NCBI GenBank assembly: GCA_965237955.1
Contig: OZ250169.1
Coordinates: forward strand, 7,840,001-7,904,000
Direction of reading: 5' to 3'
Origin: Candidatus Marinacidobacterales bacterium
GTDB lineage: Bacteria > Acidobacteriota > Vicinamibacteria > Marinacidobacterales > SMYC01
DNA: 64,000 bases
The translations under genes were made by a program, and so were the position numbers. Positions 63,439 through 64,000 of the stretch are shown piece after piece. The notes under the pieces are model-generated. The model saw nothing but the letters and a program-made list of their open reading frames with translations, was not told the DNA's origin and made no database searches. Numbering within the stretch: the first letter of the stretch is position 1; every line of letters starts with the position of its first letter.

Positions 63439-63960
63439 CTAGGGCGCGGTGGGTAGCAACGCCCAGCCAATGCACCGCTCAGCATCATCAAGCAAACTTG
63501 CCGCTACGGGGTCCTCAAGCAGTGGTACTCCAAGCCTGACCAGACAACAGGGCAAGTCCAGCTCCGCCGGTAGCTCCGCCGCCAACCAGCGCACGCCCTT
63601 CGCTGCGCCCCCGACCGTCCAGGCCGTCACGCAACGAACCATGACTCGGCGCTCGGTTCCCTCAATGAGCCAGCCCACCGCGCCGATCCAGGTGTTCCTG
63701 ATGCTTAGAAAGTATTCGGTGAATCCGGGCAACGGCACCACATGGCCGCTGGTGGCCACCTTGATAATGGGCCGCAACGCGGCCAGCGTCTCAGGGCGAA
63801 CATCCGAGCGTGGCATCTGGGCCATGTGGCCCGTCGATAGGTGGTAGTGGTGCATCACCCCGTCGGCGAAACAACGCCCAAGGGTAGCAACCCGTTCGCC
63901 AACATCTCCCTCGCCCGTTAGCACCTCCGGTCGGATTGGTGGGGGCTCCGCAACCTGCAA
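63439..63960 (-). CDS. Hypothetical protein
   Basis: 173-aa ORF with no recognised motif. Confidence 0.4.
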   Translation of the reverse strand: MQVAEPPPIRPEVLTGEGDVGERVATLGRCFADGVMHHYHLSTGHMAQMPRSDVRPETLAALRPIIKVATSGHVVPLPGFTEYFLSIRNTWIGAVGWLIEGTERRVMVRCVTAWTVGGAAKGVRWLAAELPAELDLPCCLVRLGVPLLEDPVAASLLDDAERCIGWALLPTAP

Positions 63961-64000
63961 TGCTTTGGTTTTCGTCGGCTTCCCAGTGCTCGCCTTTGCC

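Overview
GC-rich bacterial window dominated by mobile elements. The GroEL sequence and gene content suggest an Acidobacteria-like, possibly marine host-associated organism (inference only). Intact or near-intact cargo: hsp20(pseudo)-groES-groEL with a CIRCE operator, an M48 peptidase-TerB protein, two ImmA/IrrE + DUF4411(PIN) pairs, a ~14-repeat TPR protein, an ATP-grasp-like protein, a TerL-HNH-capsid phage/satellite remnant, a reductive dehalogenase, two TIR proteins, a DUF429-like nuclease, lexA-imuA-imuB-dnaE2 and an NSS transporter. This cargo sits among IS903-group (x3), IS3 (x3), IS1, IS110/IS1111 (x2), IS256, IS21 and group II intron pieces. Two patterns stand out. (1) One terminal sequence (5'-CGTCCTGTGCCAAAACTC...) of an rve-type DDE element occurs 28 times (21 +, 7 -) and marks the junctions of unrelated, often truncated genes. 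(2) An IS1111-type element has inserted twice at the same TG in the right inverted repeat of an IS1-family element; target and donor guides are readable in its 3' non-coding RNA region, and several duplications break at that core. No rRNA, tRNA or CRISPR array was seen. Product calls come from motif recognition, not database searches.
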